Source: Blepharisma stoltei ATCC 30299 (Eukaryota > Protista > Ciliophora). Taken from it: DNA of 64,000 bases. The translations under genes were made by a program, and so were the position numbers. The notes beneath the pieces are model-generated. The model was not told where the DNA came from and searched no databases. It was given only the letters and a program-made list of their open reading frames with translations. The stretch is from contig CBFDEM010000046.1 in assembly GCA_965603825.1 (NCBI GenBank), forward strand, positions 731,341 to 795,340. Reading direction: 5' to 3'. Shown here piece by piece: positions 60,029 through 64,000 of the stretch. How positions within the stretch are numbered: the stretch's first letter is position 1; every line of letters begins with the position of its first letter.

Positions 60029-60474
60029 CTGTAGGAGTGCCCAGTTTTAAAAGTAATGTAAATAGTAAAATTAAAAATAATTGTTTTTAATCGATTGGTA
60101 AGTCCTAGACTTTACTGATAATTTCAGACACATCAAAAGAATTTAGATTTCTGAAAGTGTTACTTGAATGAATTATTGATAAATTTGATGATTCATCAGA
60201 AAGATAAAAAATTTCTGGTCATCACGCAAGATTCCATTCTCCCTCCTTCAAATCCCTACTTATTTGGCATGTATAAACAGCAAGAGCTATGATCAGGATT
60301 ATTCACCACATTATTTCAAAGCATAAAGAAATTTTGAACGCTTATTTGGATTGCAACAAACTTGGCAAATGTTTACAAAAAATGGCAAAAGTTTTTTCAA
60401 TCATGCTTAGATAAGGCAAAAATGACTGATTTGCCGATTCCTCTAAGCCTCAAGCAGCTAAAATTGAATTTTCA

Positions 60475-60836
60475 TTAAATCATTCAATAGTAGATCACTT
60501 TCAATCTGGCCTGCACTTTATATGTATTTTTCAATGATTCAATACATTTAGTTGTTGATGGATGAGCTTTTCCTAGTGCTTTTTCTTTTATTTCGATAGA
60601 TTTTTTGTAAGCTTCAATAGCTTCTGGAATTTGTTTCGATTATTATGTGCAATTCCTATATATTTATATATTTTAGCTATACGTGGATGAAAATCTCCCA
60701 GTTTTTCAGCTTTTAACTTAAGTTCTTTTTCAAATAATTCTAAACACTCAGCATACTTTTTTTGGATATAATATACGAGCAATATAATTTCATAGCAATC
60801 ATTTAATAAAGAATCATCTATATTGTTAAATTTTTC
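60475..60836 (-). pseudogene. 5'-truncated, frameshifted TPR gene fragment (KLC/NPHP3-type repeats)
   Basis: LGDFHP.IA..Y..IG, then after a 1-nt shift near 60625 EAIEAYKKSIEIKEKALGKAHP. The frame is open to the telomere with no ATG. Confidence 0.75.
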
Positions 60837-63800
60837 TAGGGTGTTAGGGTGTTAGGGTGTTAGGGTGTTAGGGTGTTAGGGTGTTAGGGTGTTAGGGTGT
60901 TAGGGTGTTAGGGTGTTAGGGTGTTAGGGTGTTAGGGTGTTAGGGTGTTAGGGTGTTAGGGTGTTAGGGTGTTAGGGTGTTAGGGTGTTAGGGTGTTAGG
61001 GTGTTAGGGTGTTAGGGTGTTAGGGTGTTAGGGTGTTAGGGTGTTAGGGTGTTAGGGTGTTAGGGTGTTAGGGTGTTAGGGTGTTAGGGTGTTAGGGTGT
61101 TAGGGTGTTAGGGTGTTAGGGTGTTAGGGTGTTAGGGTGTTAGGGTGTTAGGGTGTTAGGGTGTTAGGGTGTTAGGGTGTTAGGGTGTTAGGGTGTTAGG
61201 GTGTTAGGGTGTTAGGGTGTTAGGGTGTTAGGGTGTTAGGGTGTTAGGGTGTTAGGGTGTTAGGGTGTTAGGGTGTTAGGGTGTTAGGGTGTTAGGGTGT
61301 TAGGGTGTTAGGGTGTTAGGGTGTTAGGGTGTTAGGGTGTTAGGGTGTTAGGGTGTTAGGGTGTTAGGGTGTTAGGGTGTTAGGGTGTTAGGGTGTTAGG
61401 GTGTTAGGGTGTTAGGGTGTTAGGGTGTTAGGGTGTTAGGGTGTTAGGGTGTTAGGGTGTTAGGGTGTTAGGGTGTTAGGGTGTTAGGGTGTTAGGGTGT
61501 TAGGGTGTTAGGGTGTTAGGGTGTTAGGGTGTTAGGGTGTTAGGGTGTTAGGGTGTTAGGGTGTTAGGGTGTTAGGGTGTTAGGGTGTTAGGGTGTTAGG
61601 GTGTTAGGGTGTTAGGGTGTTAGGGGTGTTAGGGTGTTAGGGTGTTAGGGTGTTAGGGTGTTAGGGTGTTAGGGTGTTAGGGTGTTAGGGTGTTAGGGTG
61701 TTAGGGTGTTAGGGTGTTAGGGTGTTAGGGTGTTAGGGTGTTAGGGTGTTAGGGTGTTAGGGTGTTAGGGTGTTAGGGTGTTAGGGTGTTAGGGTGTTAG
61801 GGTGTTAGGGTGTTAGGGTGTTAGGGTGTTAGGGTGTTAGGGTGTGTTAGGGTGTTAGGGTGTTAGGGGTGTTAGGGTGTTAGGGTGTTAGGGTGTTAGG
61901 GTGTTAGGGTGTTAGGGTGTTAGGGTGTTAGGGTGGTGTTAGGGTGTTAGGGTGTTAGGGTGTTAGGGTGTTAGGGTGTTAGGGTGTTAGGGGTGTTAGG
62001 GTGTTAGGGTGTTAGGGTGTTAGGGTGTTGGGTGTTAGGGTGTTAGGGTGTTAGGGTGTTAGGGTGTTAGGGTGTTAGGGGTGTTAGGGTGTTAGGGTGT
62101 TAGGGTGTTAGGGTGTTAGGGTGTTAGGGTGTTAGGGTGTTAGGGGTGTTAGGGTGTTAGGGTGTTAGGGTGTTAGGGTGTTAGGGTGTTGGGTGTTAGG
62201 GTGTTAGGGTGTTGGGTGTTAGGGTGTTTAGGGTGTTAGGGTGTTAGGGTGTTAGGGTGTTAGGGTGTTAGGGTGTTAGGGTGTTAGGGTGTTAGGGGTG
62301 TTAGGGTGTTGGGTGTTAGGGTGTTAGGGTGTTAGGGTGTTAGGGTGTTGGGTGTTGGGTGTTAGGGTGTTAGGGTGTTAGGGTGTTAGGGTGTTAGGGT
62401 GTTGGGTGTTAGGGTGTGGGTGTAGGGTGTTAGGGTGTTAGGGTGTTAGGGTGTTAGGGTGTTAGGGTGTTAGGGTGTTAGGGTGTTAGGGTGTTAGGGT
62501 GTTAGGGTGTTAGGGTGTTAGGGTGTTTGGGTGTTAGGGTGTTAGGGTGTTAGGGTGTTAGGGTGTTAGGGTGTTAGGGTGTTAGGGTGTTAGGGTGTTA
62601 GGGTGTTAGGGTGTTAGGGTGTTGGGTGTAGGGTGTTAGGGTGTTAGGGTGTTGGGTGTTGGGTGTTAGGGTGTTGGGTGTTAGGGTGTTAGGGTGTTAG
62701 GGTGTTAGGGTGTTAGGGTGTTGGGTGTGGGTGTTAGGGTGTTAGGGTGTTAGGGTGTTAGGGTGTTAGGGTGTTGGGTGTGTTAGGGTGTTGGGTGTTA
62801 GGGTGTTAGGGTGTTGGGTGTTAGGGTGTTAGGGTGTTAGGGTGTTTGGGTGTTGTGGGTGTTAGGGTGTTAGGGTGTTGGGTGTTAGGGTGTTAGGGGT
62901 GTTAGGGTGTTAGGGTGTTAGGGTGTTAGGGTGTTGGGTGTTTGGGTGTTAGGGTGTTGGGTGTTAGGGTGTTAGGGTGTTAGGGTGTTAGGGTGTTAGG
63001 GTGTTAGGGTGTTGGGTGTTAGGGTGTTAGGGTGTTGGGTGTTGGGTGTTAGGGTGTTAGGGTGTTAGGGTGTTGGTGTTAGGGTGTTAGGGGTGTTAGG
63101 GTGTTGGGTGTAGGGTGTTGGGTGTTAGGGTGTTAGGGTGTTAGGGTGTTGGGTGTAGGGTGTTAGGGTGTTGGGTAGGGTGTTAGGGTGTTAGGGTGTT
63201 AGGGTGTTAGGGTGTTAGGGGTGTTAGGGTGTTAGGGTGTTAGGGTGTTAGGGTGTTAGGGTGTTAGGGTGTTAGGGTGTTAGGGTGTTAGGGTGTTAGG
63301 GTGTTAGGGTGTTAGGGTGTTGGGTGTTGGGTGTTAGGGTGTTAGGGTGTTAGGGTGTTAGGGTGTTAGGGTGTTAGGGTGTTAGGGTGTTAGGGTGTTA
63401 GGGTGTTAGGGTGTTAGGGTGTTAGGGTGTTAGGGTGTTAGGGTGTTAGGGTGTTAGGGTGTTAGGGTGTTAGGGTGTGTGGGTGTTAGGGTGTTAGGGT
63501 GTTAGGGTGTTAGGGTGTTAGGGGTGGGTGTTAGGGTGTTAGGGTGTTAGGGTGTTAGGGTGTTAGGGTGTTGGGTGTAGGGTGTTAGGGTGTAGGGTGT
63601 TGGGTGTTAGGGTGTTAGGGTGTTAGGGTGTTAGGGGTTAGGGTGTTAGGGTGTTAGGGGTGGGTGTTAGGGTGTTAGGGTGTTAGGGTGTTAGGGTGTT
63701 AGGGTGTTAGGGTGTTAGGGTGTTAGGGTGGTTGGGTGTAGGGTGTTAGGGTGTTAGGGTGTGGTGTTAGGGTGTTAGGGTGTTGGGTGTTAGGGGTGTT

Positions 63801-64000
63801 AGGGTGTTAGGGTGTTAGGGTGTTAGGGTGTTAGGGTGTTAGGGTGTTAGGGTGTTAGGGGTTGGGTGTAGGGTGTTAGGGTGTTAGGGTGTTAGGGTGT
63901 TAGGGTGTTAGGGTGTTAGGGTGTTAGGGTGTTAGGGTGTTAGGGGTTAGGGTGTTAGGGTGTTAGGGTGTTAGGGTGTTTAGGGTGTGTTAGGGTGTTA
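60837..64000 (+). repeat. Telomere (TGTTAGGG)n, complement (CCCTAACA)n
   Basis: 8-bp tandem array to the window end, G-rich strand running toward the end; this is the heterotrich telomere unit. Confidence 0.98.

Noticed and set aside
1-60836. Telomerase RNA, tRNA-Trp(UCA) or transposase genes
   Set aside because: By eye I found no template-like CCCTAACA outside the telomere, no tRNA cloverleaf and no transposase or RT motifs. tRNAscan-SE and HMM searches would be needed to exclude them.
60837-64000. CRISPR array or satellite
   Set aside because: There are no spacers, and it is a terminal 8-bp heterotrich telomere unit.

Overview
Eukaryotic, AT-rich, gene-dense chromosome end. Most likely the somatic (macronuclear) genome of a heterotrich ciliate, probably Blepharisma. 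Three features seen directly in the sequence support this. (1) About 55 in-frame TGA codons, many at conserved Trp positions, so UGA=Trp and only TAA/TAG stop; the supplied ORF track therefore fragments many genes. (2) Thirteen 15-nt GT..AG introns, each with A at position 10. (3) A telomere of at least 3.1 kb of (TGTTAGGG)n from 60837. Re-reading with this code gives about 31 protein genes, a 5S rRNA gene, a box C/D snoRNA (SNORD31/snR67-type) and a TPR gene fragment cut by the telomere. The best leads are a probable 47-nt intron with a CTAAC branch point in an SR splicing-factor gene, a B-box/LOTUS/pseudo-RBR protein, a tandem Venus-flytrap 9-TM receptor, a GGA-like VHS protein with an alpha-adaptin ear, and apparent avoidance of UGA-Trp near true stops. 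Domain calls are by motif recognition only; no database searches were run.
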